A DNA stretch of 64,000 bases from Lama glama (lineage: Eukaryota): NCBI GenBank assembly GCA_028534125.1, contig CM052816.1:9736001-9800000 (forward strand), in the 5' to 3' direction. Within the stretch, counting starts at the first letter, position 1; the number at the start of each line of letters is the position of its first letter. Positions 12,217 to 24,117 of the stretch are shown piece after piece. Both the position numbers and the translations under genes were made by a program. The notes beneath the pieces are model-generated. The model searched no databases, was not told where the DNA came from, and saw only the letters and a program-made list of their open reading frames with translations.

Positions 12217-12420
12217 CTGAGATGGAGAAGACTGGAGAGTGAGGTCTCCGGCTCCAGTGGCTCTGCCTCCTTTGCTGCTCTCTCCTCCTCGGCGACCTCC
12301 CCCAGCTGAGGCGGCTCCCTTATGGGACTGTCGGTGAGGAGCCCTACGGGGTAAACCAGGTGGCCCACAGCAGATACGACCCTGAGGTTCTCTGTTCTGC
12401 GTCACAAAGATCTCACATAG
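12217..12420 (-). promoter_or_regulatory. GC/CpG-rich candidate non-coding first exon / promoter of the BUSI-I-like gene
   Basis: Strong donor cag|GTAGGT at 12217/12216 on the minus strand pairs with the acceptor at 12057; local GC and CpG content rises against an AT-rich background. Confidence 0.4.
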
Positions 12421-14191
12421 ATCATCTCTCAGTGGGAGGTTTGGAACCATTTTTCTGATGAACCCAGAGCTTTGAGGAGGGGAGAAAGTAATGCAAAAAA
12501 TTACAGATCTTAAGATAGAGAAGAGATGCGGAAAGTTTCCAAGCTATTGAGTTAGAAAGAAAAAGAGAATCAAAGCCCACAGAGTTTTGTGAACTCTAAT
12601 TAAACACATGCCTAGCCTCTCAGTATTTCACAACATTAGAACACAGTATACTCAATTAGATTTGCTGTAAATTTGGACTGTCCTTACAGTTTAAATATAA
12701 AATTTTTTTATGTTGAGATAATTGTAGATTTACATACAGTTGTCAGAAATACTCGAGAGTTCACCTGTATATTTTAACCAGCTTCTCCCAATGGGAACAT
12801 CTTATAAAACTATAGTACAAATCCCCCACCAGGTATTGACATCAGCTGAAGACCTTCTATCAATGTTGATTCTCAACACCAAGACTGTGAATCAATTGTT
12901 GATATATGATGTCTGGGCAACGGTATGTTTGACAAGCTCCGAGATGAGTATTGGGTCAGTTGGCTGTGGAACCCAGCCTGGAGGACACGACATAAATAGT
13001 AGGAAGAGGAGAGACCAACTTACAGTGGTGATCGTTTCTCAGTATGTATGAGTAGCCAATCATACATAAGTGCATACCTTAAACTTAAACAATGTGTCAG
13101 TTATATCTCAGTAAACCTGGGAAAAAAATAAATATAAAGAAAAGAAGACTCATGGGAGCGAGGCTGAGACCACATGGGTCAATGCCTTAAATTCTACATT
13201 AAATAAGATAAGTGGGTGACATTGGAGACTTTGAAGTGGGGTAAGATTTAACTAGTCATTGTCTCTCCAGTTAATTCATATTCACAGTCTGACTTCTGGA
13301 AGGAGTTTTGGCAGTTGAAAAACCTGAGTTCAAATCTCATTTACCACTGAGTAACCTTGACTTTTTAATATAAAAATTCTTTATTTTAAACATGAGAATA
13401 GCAACTCCCACCTCCTAGATGTTAGGGATAAAATCTTAAGACAGTCTGCATTCACGTTCAGACTTACATTCAGTTTAGACTTACATTTGCCACCCTAATC
13501 TTACTTACTTTTTAGAGCAGTGAAAAAGGTAGGATTCAGAAAGGAAACTCTGAGCATAGATATGATTCCAGTTCAGTGGAGAAACACAGAATCTGATGCA
13601 TGCAGAAAGTGCTCCATTATTATTGTTGAGTGAGTATTACTCTTGCAGTAGCTCTTTAAATTATTTACACTGATGCCATCAGAAGTGCCTGTGGCAGATC
13701 ATTCCTTCTGGAGCAGGACATGTGAGGAAAAAGTAAACTGAAGCTTAGAACTGAAACTATTGTGAAGCTCTTTGTGTCTCACACATTAGCCGTCTCTTCT
13801 TACATATATTCATCAGCAGAGATTAAAAGCAGGAGAGACTGCCTATGAACACAGCAGGCTACAAGATTTTCATTTTTTCTTAACTAGCCAGTAAAGAGAA
13901 TGTTAGATGCATGAATTAGAAGTTTCATAAAGAAAAAGATAATGTGATTCAACTTGTACCAGAGATAAGAAAGCTGTGTATTTAACACAATAGAGATACT
14001 AAAAGAGAAAAAAAGAACAAATGGGAAATAAGAGCAATCTCTAGTGTTCCCCATGTCACTGCCCCCTGAGTTGCGGCAAAGTAACCCACCACTTGTAGGC
14101 AATAACAGGAAGGAGCTATTGAATTTAACCCACAAGTCAAATCTACTGCAAAATGGGGTCAAGATAAAAGGCATAATACTACGTAGCTCCA

Positions 14192-14237
14192 TCAAGAATG
14201 GCCATCTTCATAATGAACAAAGCTCTCTATACTTTTC
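14192..14237 (-). pseudogene. SPINK-type terminal exon with Cys VI->Ser: KSIESFVHYEDGHS*
   Basis: Strong acceptor ctgactcattctttctctacag. G plus 14 codons plus TGA = 46 nt, the same length as the two intact Kazal terminal exons here. Starts KS like the recalled SPINK6/SPINK14 last exons; TCT where TGT is expected. Confidence 0.55.
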
Positions 14238-14516
14238 CTGTAGAGAAAGAATGAGTCAGAGAGAAAGAAATGATCAAAAGAACACAAACTCCCTAGGACA
14301 TGTACAACATGCTTCTCAATAAGAAGGATTTGAACTTACACATGAGGAAGAGGTTGTGCTCCATTTGCTCGAACCACTGGTCCCCGCCTGCTCACTGTCC
14401 TTGCACAAGTCCTCTCCATGCTGGGGGACCTCTTGACACTTCTTATCTGCTCCATCCTGACTCAGTCTTCAGACCAGACCTAAGAAAGAAAGACATTAAA
14501 TACTGTGTTATTTTAA

Positions 14517-14830
14517 GTTCTCCAAGAAACAAAAGCAATTTATAGATGAAAACTGCAAAGATTTTGTAAGAAGAATGCCTGTGGGGTGGAGTGGGTGGGT
14601 GGAATGGGGAGACAGACAGGAAGGCTGTCAGAGTCTTAGGTCACAAACTCCTTCAGAGTGAAGGAATGAAAGACAAGAGGTGAGATGGAAGAGCCTTAGA
14701 CCACCCTGAAGTGTCAGGAAGATCTGAAAAGTTGTCATGGAACTCATGAGACAAGTTGACCATCAGAGGAGTCCTCTTCTAGCATGAATGGGCCCACTGG
14801 GATGGATTTCAGAATTCAGCAGTCAGTAAG
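14517..14830 (-). mobile_element. ERVL LTR (LTR16-like) remnant
   Basis: Similar to 9095-9450 (gttctccaagaaac...tgcaaagattttg...gaccatcagaggagtcc). Confidence 0.5.
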
Positions 14831-14912
14831 TTTCCTTGCCCAGGATTAGTAAGTAGTATGCCATGTAAATAAAGAAATGCCGAGGCCAAGAACAGAAAAT
14901 AAAGGGAGGCAT

Positions 14913-15046
14913 AGGGGGAAGGATATAGCTCAAGTGGTAGAGTGCATGCTCAGCATGCACAGGGTCCTGGGTTCAATCCGCAGTCCCTCCTCAGAAAACA
15001 AACAAATAAATCTAATCACCACCGCACCCCCCACCACACGCACAAA
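14913..15046 (+). mobile_element. tRNA-Ala-derived SINE (vic-1 type)
   Basis: ggatatagctcaagtggtagagtgcatgctcagcatgcacagggtcctgggttcaatcc plus tail. Confidence 0.85.
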
Positions 15047-15049
15047 AGG

Positions 15050-15950
15050 GCTGCATGAAGCAAGGTGCAGGAGAAACAGTAAAGGCAAAGCATGCAGAAT
15101 TTGAAGGCTGTGATAAGGACTGAGGTCATTTGCCATGAGCCTTAGATGCATTAGAAGTATTTTATGGAAAGATAGGATATGATAAGATCTATTTCTCTGG
15201 TTATAGCACAGAGCTACATAGTGGGATAAAAAATGACTGGATGGATGTAGGTAAAATACTTAGGAGATCATGGTAGTAGTCCAAGTAAGAGAGCATAGTA
15301 TCTTACACCATTTGGTTGATAGTAAATATTGAGAAAATGCATGAATTTGAAAGCTATGTAGAAGCACAGTGTTGCTGAGTTGGACAAGAGAGTGCATCAA
15401 GGAGATTCAGTTTCTGACTTGTGTAATCAGCAGTGTGGATGCACCACCCACTGAATTATAGCCCTTGTCAGTGAAGCAAACTGCAGCGGGGCAGGAGGAG
15501 ATCTAAGCTTTGACTTTCTGAATTTAAAGATTCAAAATGACATTTTGAATTTGAGACAGCCAAGCGCAGACATCGTAGGTCAGTGAATACGTGTTTAAAG
15601 ACACTGAGTACAGATAACAATGTATGAGTTAAAAAAAAAAGTTAAAAAAAAGTATGAGTATTCTTGGTATAGGTGGTAATTGAAACATCTATCATGGATG
15701 AGATCTTTAGAGTACAGAGTGACAGAAAAAGCATGTAAGACAGATGTATAGACATTCAGAATGATTGACTGGTAGAGGAAACTAAGGCTAAAAAAAGGGT
15801 TAAAAACAGTTTAGAAGGAAAAAATACACATGTCAATAGCAGAGAGATAACCCCAAATAAAAATAAATTTTTGATTTTATTTAAAAAAAAAAAGGAAATA
15901 GCCACTGGACTGAAAAAGTTCAGAAAAGTTGTATTTTGTTTTGGGCCAGG
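15050..15950. mobile_element. Degenerate LINE-2 fragment
   Basis: L2-like purine-rich motifs (gtagtccaagtaagagag, gtttctgacttgtgtaa, ggtaattgaaac..atggatgagatc). Confidence 0.5.
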
Positions 15951-16063
15951 GTAGGAGTGATTGAAAAAAAAAAAACGCACTTTGGGGCTGAAAACATGTT
16001 TCTCATTCTTTTTATTTGAAGGACCACAAAACCACAACAGTTCTAAAAAGCACTTATGAAACA

Positions 16064-17700
16064 TTCCTCTGTCTCCTCATTTTGCCTAAGTTGCTGTTTG
16101 TATTTTTATGTATCTGGTAGCTTTCCCAACTTTGGAAAAGTGGCCATCTGTAGGAGAGATGTTCTGTGTCTTCCAGCAGTGCACTCCCCTCTCCTCACCT
16201 ATGTTATATGCTCTAGGGGTTTCTCCATGAAGGCTGCCAGGGTCCTTCTGTGGCGGAGGATTCTGTGGGCGGTCTGTCTGGTAGGCTGGGTTGGCCCTAC
16301 GCTCCGCCTTGCTCGGAGGCTGCCAGGTGCTGCTTCTTCAGGCTGGGTCACGAGGTAATTGAGGTAATTGGCCTCAGGAGGCCGGGGGCTAGTGCTGGCT
16401 CACTGGTGGGCAGAGTCAGGGTCCTGAGGACTCTGGGGGCTGTTGCCCACCTACTGGTGGGTGAAGCTGTTGCAGAAAAACGTGTTATAGCTTAGTGTTA
16501 CAGCTCAGTTGTGATAGCAACCTGGATCTGGGCAAGAGACCAAGCAGCACTCTGAGAGTTTGAGAACTCAGGTTTATTACATACAGCAGGCTCAGGAAAG
16601 TTAACACTCCAAGCTCTGGACCCCGTCTGTAGGTTTACACAGCCTTTTATAGGCTGCCAGTTTACACTTTGTAACATCATATGCAAATAGGGTATAACAA
16701 AAGTTGACTAAAAACAAGCTTTGTAGAAATGGACCAATCAGGAGGGAGAGAAATAACCAATCAGGATTGAGCTCAGGGAACCAACTTAATTTTAAGGGTA
16801 TGTTCCACTTTCCTAGAAGTAAGCCATTTCAGAGGCAAAAAGTGAGATAGAGCCTCTGGGCCAGGGAACGGAATAGTACTGGCAGGAGAGTAGTGGCCCT
16901 GCCAGTCTTTTTATGGGGCTTTCCACCTCAAAGCCAAGTCCCCAGGTTAGCACTGGGCTACTGGCAGGCAGAGCCGGGTCCTGGAATCTGGTCACAGGGC
17001 CAGGATCCGAGAGCTGGTGTCAGACTACCGGTCTTTATAGAGCCCTGGGCATCCAGAAGTTCGTATGGACCTGCTAACGGGCAGGGCTGGGGCCCAGCTG
17101 GTCCCAGGGCAGAGCCTGACCTGCTGTGGGCAGGCTGTGGGACTGCAGCTTGTGAGACTGTGCTTTTCTTTCATCTGGTGTCTGCCTCCGCTCCCCCGCC
17201 CACCCCCGCCCATCTCTTAAAGCTGGTCCAGAGGCTCCACCCAGCTTCCGGCCCAGAGGGATTCTGGGGCTGCTGCCTGCCCACGGGTGGGTGGAGCTGG
17301 GTCTTGGCCCTTCCGGTGGGCGGACTCAGGAGGTCTTTAGGCTTCCTGTATGCTGGTGGGTGGGGACGTAGCCTCATCCAGATAGTTGCTTGGCCTGAGG
17401 CGTCCCAGTACTGGTGCCTCCAGGCTGTTGGGTGGGCCAGGTTCTGGCGCTAATGAGCTAATGGAGAGTTCCACAGTGGCGCCCACCAGCACTGGACCTC
17501 CCAGGAATGGCTGCTGCCGGTGTCGACGTCCCCAGGGTGAGCCCCAGCTGCCCCTTGCCTCGCCCAGAGACGCTCCAAGACCAGCAGGTAGGTCTGGCCC
17601 AGACTCCTATCAAATTATTGCTTTTGCCCTAGGTCCAGGAGCATGGGAAGTTTTATGTGCTTCCTTTAAGTGTGAAGTGTCTGTTTCCCCCAGTTCTGTT
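16064..17700 (-). mobile_element. LINE-1 5'UTR (GC-rich, repeated monomer-like motifs), interrupted by a solo LTR
   Basis: Repeated ctggtgggcagagtcagggtcc / ctggtgggtgaagc / gggtggagctgggtctt motifs typical of the antisense laurasiatherian L1 5'UTR. Confidence 0.7.
16468..16930 (-). mobile_element. Solo ERV1-class LTR (463 bp) with 4-bp TSD AAGC
   Basis: TG...CA termini, AAGC on both sides (16464-67, 16931-34). Minus-strand TATAAAA (~16650) and AATAAA (~16575), two CCAAT boxes (~16735, ~16757). The host L1 motif rejoins across it. Confidence 0.85.
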
Positions 17701-18152
17701 TATATATATAATGGAATATTATTCAGCCATAGAAAGAATGAAATTTTGCCATTTATAGCAACATGGACGGACTTAGACTCTAAGGGCATTATGCTAAGTG
17801 AAATAAGTCAGAGAAAGACAAATACTGTATGATATCACTGATATGTGGAATCTTAAAAAATGCAACAAACTAGTGAATATAACAGAACAGAAACAGACTC
17901 AGAGCAATAGAGAACAAACTTGTGGTTACCAGTGGGGAGTAGGAAAGGGGAAGGTGCAATTTCAGGGTAGGGGACGAAGGGTTTACCAACTATTATGTAT
18001 AAAATAAGCTACAAAGATACACTGTACAACACAGAGAATATAGCCAATGTTTCATAAGTATAAATGGAGTATAACTTTTAAAAATTGTGAATCACAAAAC
18101 AGACACCTGTAACTTATATAGTATTGTGTATCAACTGTACTTCAATTAAATA
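17701..18152 (+). mobile_element. LINE-1 3' end
   Basis: atggaatattattcagccatagaaagaatgaaattttgccattt...gggcattatgctaagtgaaataagtcagag...tcaactgtacttcaattaaa. Confidence 0.9.
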
Positions 18153-18172
18153 CAAGAAGCATTTGTGAGACA

Positions 18173-18672
18173 NNNNNNNNNNNNNNNNNNNNNNNNNNNN
18201 NNNNNNNNNNNNNNNNNNNNNNNNNNNNNNNNNNNNNNNNNNNNNNNNNNNNNNNNNNNNNNNNNNNNNNNNNNNNNNNNNNNNNNNNNNNNNNNNNNNN
18301 NNNNNNNNNNNNNNNNNNNNNNNNNNNNNNNNNNNNNNNNNNNNNNNNNNNNNNNNNNNNNNNNNNNNNNNNNNNNNNNNNNNNNNNNNNNNNNNNNNNN
18401 NNNNNNNNNNNNNNNNNNNNNNNNNNNNNNNNNNNNNNNNNNNNNNNNNNNNNNNNNNNNNNNNNNNNNNNNNNNNNNNNNNNNNNNNNNNNNNNNNNNN
18501 NNNNNNNNNNNNNNNNNNNNNNNNNNNNNNNNNNNNNNNNNNNNNNNNNNNNNNNNNNNNNNNNNNNNNNNNNNNNNNNNNNNNNNNNNNNNNNNNNNNN
18601 NNNNNNNNNNNNNNNNNNNNNNNNNNNNNNNNNNNNNNNNNNNNNNNNNNNNNNNNNNNNNNNNNNNNNNNN
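18173..18672. other. Assembly gap (500 N)
   Basis: Run of N. Confidence 1.
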
Positions 18673-19074
18673 ATAATAAGGATGGTTAATGATGGTGACT
18701 GCCCATCACACTATTAATTTAGAGGAAATGTTTACTTACAAAATTAGCAACTTTAATTGTCACTATAATACTATTCAAGAGATAGGTTTACCCAATGGCA
18801 AAAACATCTCATAGGATGAGATGGCCTGTTCTAGGTCAAATGGGCCCCAAATATGTAATCTAGGAGTTCCAGGCCACTTGTGTTGCCCTCAGCAAACCAC
18901 AATTAAGAGCATAAAGTTACAAATAAACTTCATTCTTCAAGTAAACAATTCATATTGAAATTAGAAATTCTCATTTAAAGTCACCTTCAAGAAATTCTTA
19001 TCTAAAGAGTTTCAACCGCCAGAATGTTCCTGAGATGTTTCCATTTTACTGAAAGCCAAGTCATTCTTACTTAC

Positions 19075-19191
19075 CCTCTACATGAGCAAAGTAAAAGTTT
19101 TAGCACACTTTTTCATTATTTGAGAGAACTAATGATGTCAATGCCATTGCCACAAAAGAATTTCTCTTTAATTGCAGCCTTTTTGCAGCAA
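19075..19191 (-). pseudogene. Degenerate Kazal exon (C-KKAAIKEKFF-C-GNGIDII-[S]..., with stops and frameshifts)
   Basis: Acceptor catag, donor agg|GTAAGT, 117 nt. C-x10-C-x7-AGT (one change from TGT), then SNNEK after a frameshift. Confidence 0.35.
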
Positions 19192-19649
19192 CTATGAGTT
19201 TGGATGGAGGGATTATTTGAAACTGGTTACTTTGAATTGAATCCTGAAAGCTGAAAAGCATTTGAGTAGAGGCAAATTTAGGGAAAGGGTGTACTGAGGG
19301 GAGAGAACAAACAAAAAAATGACAAAATACCAAAAAAAAAAATCCTGAAATGGAAACAAGGTTGGGATGATGAAGGGTGTGAGAAGCCAATTCATACAGA
19401 GCCTTGGGAGCCAAATTAAAGCATTGGGGTTCCTTACACAGATGTGCTAATACGGCTTTACTAGGGTTACCTTCATGAAAACAATGACACTGTACTTGAG
19501 TTTCCTCATCAAATATTTAGGGTATTACCAAAATATTATTTTAAGTATCAAATGAGAACATGTACTTAGTGCCTCAAAAAATGGTAGCTATTATATTTAT
19601 CACAGGATCTGAGTCAATGTGGAAAAGTAATCACTGTCTTCTCAACAAT

Positions 19650-20110
19650 ATTATAACAACTTACCTATTGCTGCGTGACTGATCACCCTCAACTTACTGG
19701 CTTAAAACAAAAACAGTCATTTATTTGCCTACAATTCTGCAATTCGTGCAGGCTCAGCAGAAATGGTCTGCCTCTGCTCCCTGATCCCAAGAGAGCCACT
19801 CAGCTAAATTAACAATAGCCCAAGTCAACTTAGTCACATTTCTGACGTTTCAGTGGAAGTTGCTACAAAGGATTCTCCTTTTCTCTCTTTCTGTCTGTTT
19901 CTGTCCATAGTCTCTCAGTCCATCCTGCCAGGATCTTAAGGCTTAGACCTAAAAAGGACACACTGTCACATCCACTGCATTCTCATTGTCAAAGAAAGCC
20001 ATCTGCCCAGCTCAGATTCAAAGAGAGGGTAAATGAACTCTTCTGTAGGAGAGGACTAACTTGCATAAATAGGGATGTGAGGATTTGTTGGTGGCGAACT
20101 TCATAAACAA
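19650..20110. mobile_element. MaLR (MLT1-like) LTR remnant
   Basis: ctattgctgcgtgactgatcaccctcaacttactggcttaaaacaa...ttctgcaattcgtgcaggctcagc...cccagctcagattcaaag. Confidence 0.6.
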
Positions 20111-20229
20111 CATTCTGAAAACATGCTCCTTACTTTAAAATGTTAATTATAAGACCGTTTATAGGTGGACATTATATGGAGGGTGACTAGAAGTAAGGTT
20201 TAAGAAACGAGTAACAGAAAATCTGGACC

Positions 20230-20456
20230 TGGGAAGGGATAGACTGGGATTTCAAAATTGTAGAATAGATAAACAAGATTACACTGTATAGCACAGGGAA
20301 ATATACACAAAATGTTATGATAAATCACAGGAAAAAAAATGTGACAATGAGTGTGTATATGTCCATGAATGACTGAAAAATTGTGCTGAACACTGGAATT
20401 TGACACAACATTGTAAAATGATTATAAATCAATAAAAAATGTTAAAAAAAAAAAAA
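20230..20456 (+). mobile_element. Young 5'-truncated LINE-1 3' end with poly(A) and a 14-bp TSD
   Basis: TSD agaaaatctggacc at 20216-20229 and 20457-20470; aataaa plus A tail. Confidence 0.9.
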
Positions 20457-22787
20457 AGAAAATCTGGACCCAAATGGCTAAAGGTAATCAACCTGATGAT
20501 CAACATGGGACCACATTATATAACATGTTTACTCTTAAGTATGGAGAGAAGGTTTTTAAAAAGCCATTGTAATTACTTATCCTGGTGATGAGGAAGTTAA
20601 TTTGGGGGTGAGAAAGAGACTATTTCAGATTCTAGCCCTAGAATTTGTACTCCTGCATATCAAAAGATTTCTACATAGTGAAAGTCTCAGGAGTAAGTCA
20701 ATAAATACCTGTTATAACAAAGTTAGTTCATGACTATTATCATTAGGCACTATTTTATATTTTTTTGTTCTCTAGACACATTAAGTGTCTTCAACTAAAG
20801 TGAAGGTGGCAGAGGTCATGTTTCTAATCTCAAATGTTCACATGAGCATACTAACAACAGTTAACAGCAATGGAACATTTTAGTGTGTGTGTCTTACATA
20901 TGCATCAACTCAATAAATAATGATGAAACTGAGTATGTCTGAGTTTCAGTTTGCATGAAGCCATTGTGTGCTGAATAAAGAAATCGATACCCAAAGCAGA
21001 GAAGAAGACATTCAAGATTCTATCTCAAGTATCAGTCACCCTCTAGGACTAAGTGTTCTGAAACTAATGCCTCCACAGGGGTGAAGACTAGGTTAAAAGA
21101 TCAAACAGAGAAATGGCAAAAGGCCTTAAGTTAGGTAGTGATTACTTAAGGACTTGACATTTGGTCTCTTTCTTAATATTGTAAAGTATTTAATGAGACT
21201 TGGTAACCAATTGGCAAGGCTCCCTCTGACAATTTTGGCAATGTGACACAGAATTTAAGACACACTATGTCTTCCATGTAATATGAATTATATTTCAAAG
21301 ACCAGACCAAATATTCAATTTGTCTGCTGGATTCAGTTCAACCTACTTGCTATGTAGGTTGCTATGTGGGTGATGCCTTCTATTTTTTGTGCTTAAACTT
21401 TACACACCTCCTGGGGTTCAGAGAACAAAACTTGACATGTTTCCCCGCTGAGAGAGAATTAGCAGGAAACAGTGTTTAAAATATTTAGAAGAAAGCAAAC
21501 AGAGAGTTCAAAGTCCCTTACCCTGTAGCTGCATGACAAATGGCTTGTTGAGATTAAATCAGGTAACTGGACACAATGCTGTAAGACAGCCCACAGCCAG
21601 AAACCAGGATCACTAAAGTGCAGACTTAGCAGAATTTGACTCCTTCAGTTGGGAATTACTATCATGATTTTAGAAATAAGAAAGAAACACAGGAATATGG
21701 AGAAACTGAGTTTAACTTGCATAAGATCATAGAGCTAAAAAAGAGGAGAGACCAGCACCTCAGGTCATCTGACTTCACTGCTATTGAAGTCAAAATTGTT
21801 ACTATTTCCATAGAAATGTGATGACTGCTGAAAGAAGAGCCTTGATGGAGAATCTCACTCTGAAATATGCTAGACATCCTCTCCCCTTCTCTAACAAGTG
21901 GCTGTGGTGAGCATTTTCTGAGCCTGCGCCAAGATAGAATTTTGACCTTACTCTCAAGTGTAAAGGAAGACAGTAATGCAAGACAATTCTAAAGACGGGA
22001 GAATTCCCACCACAAAGGAGAAATTAACCACCCCATTTCAGAAAATTGGAGGACTAAAAACAATTATTCAAAAAGCCCTTTGGAATGGTTCAGAGAAGAG
22101 GTCCATAGAGCGCACTGTCTTACTCATCACAACCAACAGTACCTTCAGCCAATCCACCCAGGCAGTCTCTATACCTTCACCACATCGACTGTCTTCTGAC
22201 TGCGCTATCCTCGCATACAAGGCACTCATCATGTGTGTTATTTATATGTGCTATTTTAAAGTATAATAGCACGGAAGTTAGATAAAAAGGGTTGGTGGGA
22301 CAGCTGAGGGCCCTAAGTACATAAGAAGCAATTGTTGAGGCAAACTGCAGATGCAGCTACTGTGGTCCATTTGTTGCTGTTTGAGAATTGACTGCATTGA
22401 GTTCTATACGTGAGTGTGTGGATGTGAAAATAACTTGTATCAAATCTGCCCATTTTGAGCAATATATATGGTAGCACAAATCTAACAAAATATGATTGAA
22501 GAATCTTGATGTATTTTCTTGCATTTTCACTGCTCATTCTTTCAACTTGTCTGTATTCTAAAACTCATCACAATAGAATTTTGGTAAAAATTGTCTGATC
22601 TTTAAAAAGACAAAAAATTCACATATTATATGGAGTATATTATATATGTGTGTGTGCATAAAATCCAAGGCATTTAGGTTCAATTAGCCTCTTCTGACAT
22701 TCATACAAATTCCAATCAGGACAGAGAAAAATTATGTTTTGGGGAAAAGTTGCCTTCTTACTGTTGAAAAATTTTAAACTTATCCTT

Positions 22788-22880
22788 TTCTTTTTTATTT
22801 TTAATGTTAAGTACTGGGGACTGAACCCAGGACCTCATGCACACTAAGCACCTGCTCTACCACTGAGCTATCCCTCCCCC
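22788..22880 (-). mobile_element. tRNA-Ala-derived SINE (short vic-1 type)
   Basis: gtactggggactgaacccaggacctcatgcacactaagcacctgctctaccactgagctatccctcccc; flanking aaacttatcctttt / aaacttaccctttc resemble a TSD. Confidence 0.85.
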
Positions 22881-23965
22881 CTAAACTTACCCTTTCTGAC
22901 GCCTTAAAATTGCTGGCTTCATTCAAAGAAATAACTTACTAGTTTCAAAACTGCCCTTCTAAATAAACTAAAAATCAAATACAATCCAGAATCACTCAAT
23001 CTGAGGCTCTTAGAATTAGATGGGAGGGGTTGTAAGAATCATCTAGTTCACTGCCCTTCCAGAAGCTGAAATTTTCTTCAGAATTCCAGTTTACCCTGTA
23101 CTTCCTCATATGAGAACTAGTTCTGCCATCTGGAACAATGCAGATCAAATAATATCATTTTTCTCCATACAAATGTCTTTCAGAAGATGACTCCAATGGT
23201 AATGTCACTCCAAAGTCAGTCTTTACTCAAGGCTGTTTCCTACAGCCATCAACCAACCTTATGCTGTACCATCTCTAGACCTCAGATTATCAGAGTCATC
23301 TTCTTTTGGACATGCTTCAATTAATTCAAGTTTCTCTTAATATAGGGCAACCAATCTTGAATACAATACCGCAGTGTTCCATAATGTTGGGTCTATGACT
23401 GACTAAAAATTCCAAGGTGATATTCACATCAGCTTCTGTTTAGCATAGTCCCTTGAGGTGAGAAGGCCAACAGCGTAATGTTTGCTCGAACATGAGATCC
23501 ATTGTCCCTTGTTACTTCATAAAAGTACATTGTTCATTATTATTCCCCACTGGATGCACTCGTCACTTACTAGTGACCAATACTCCATGCATTTCTACTT
23601 GCTTTTAAAATATATTTTGAGGTAAATAATTGGCACATAACCCTGGGACTCTCTATTGGAGACGCATAAACTTGGAAAGTCACTAACGGCACCTACTGAA
23701 GATAAGTCATCTTTTCCCAATAAAAAAGTGGACACCAAATTTACCACTTTCTCAGACAGGTTTCGCCTTTCTTATTTTTTTCTATGAGAAAGATATCTGA
23801 CAGAAGCGTTTTAAAGTTGGATGTTTATGGGAGTTGGGGCGTGAAGCTAATTTTTTAAATGACAATCTACTCAAGAAGCAACACCTTCCAGTTTGCAAAA
23901 GTTACTCTGTAATTTTTTTGAACACAATGACAATGTTTAGCAATAAGGGTGGAGGATTTTTCAAA

Positions 23966-23972
23966 TATATAA
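23966..23972 (+). promoter_or_regulatory. Candidate TATA box of MARCOL
   Basis: TATATAA about 100 bp upstream of the ATG at 24069. Confidence 0.5.
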
Positions 23973-24068
23973 CATGGTGGCGATCAGCATGGTTTATTCA
24001 GAAAGCATCCGCTGAGGAGTTACCCTTAACTCCATTCAACGGCCAGCTCTGAAACAACAGGCTCCAAC

Positions 24069-24117
24069 ATGGAGGCTTTCATTTTCCTTCCCTTCCTATT
24101 CTTAGCCATATTCTCAG
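24069..24117 (+). CDS. MARCOL: MARCOL exon 1 (signal peptide)
   Basis: aacATGG Kozak context; donor cag|GTAAGA, phase 1. Confidence 0.9.

Noticed and set aside
16893..17832. Long GC-rich ORFs (186 and 148 aa)
   Set aside because: They lie in the L1 5'UTR, LTR and L1 3' sequence; no splice-consistent gene structure
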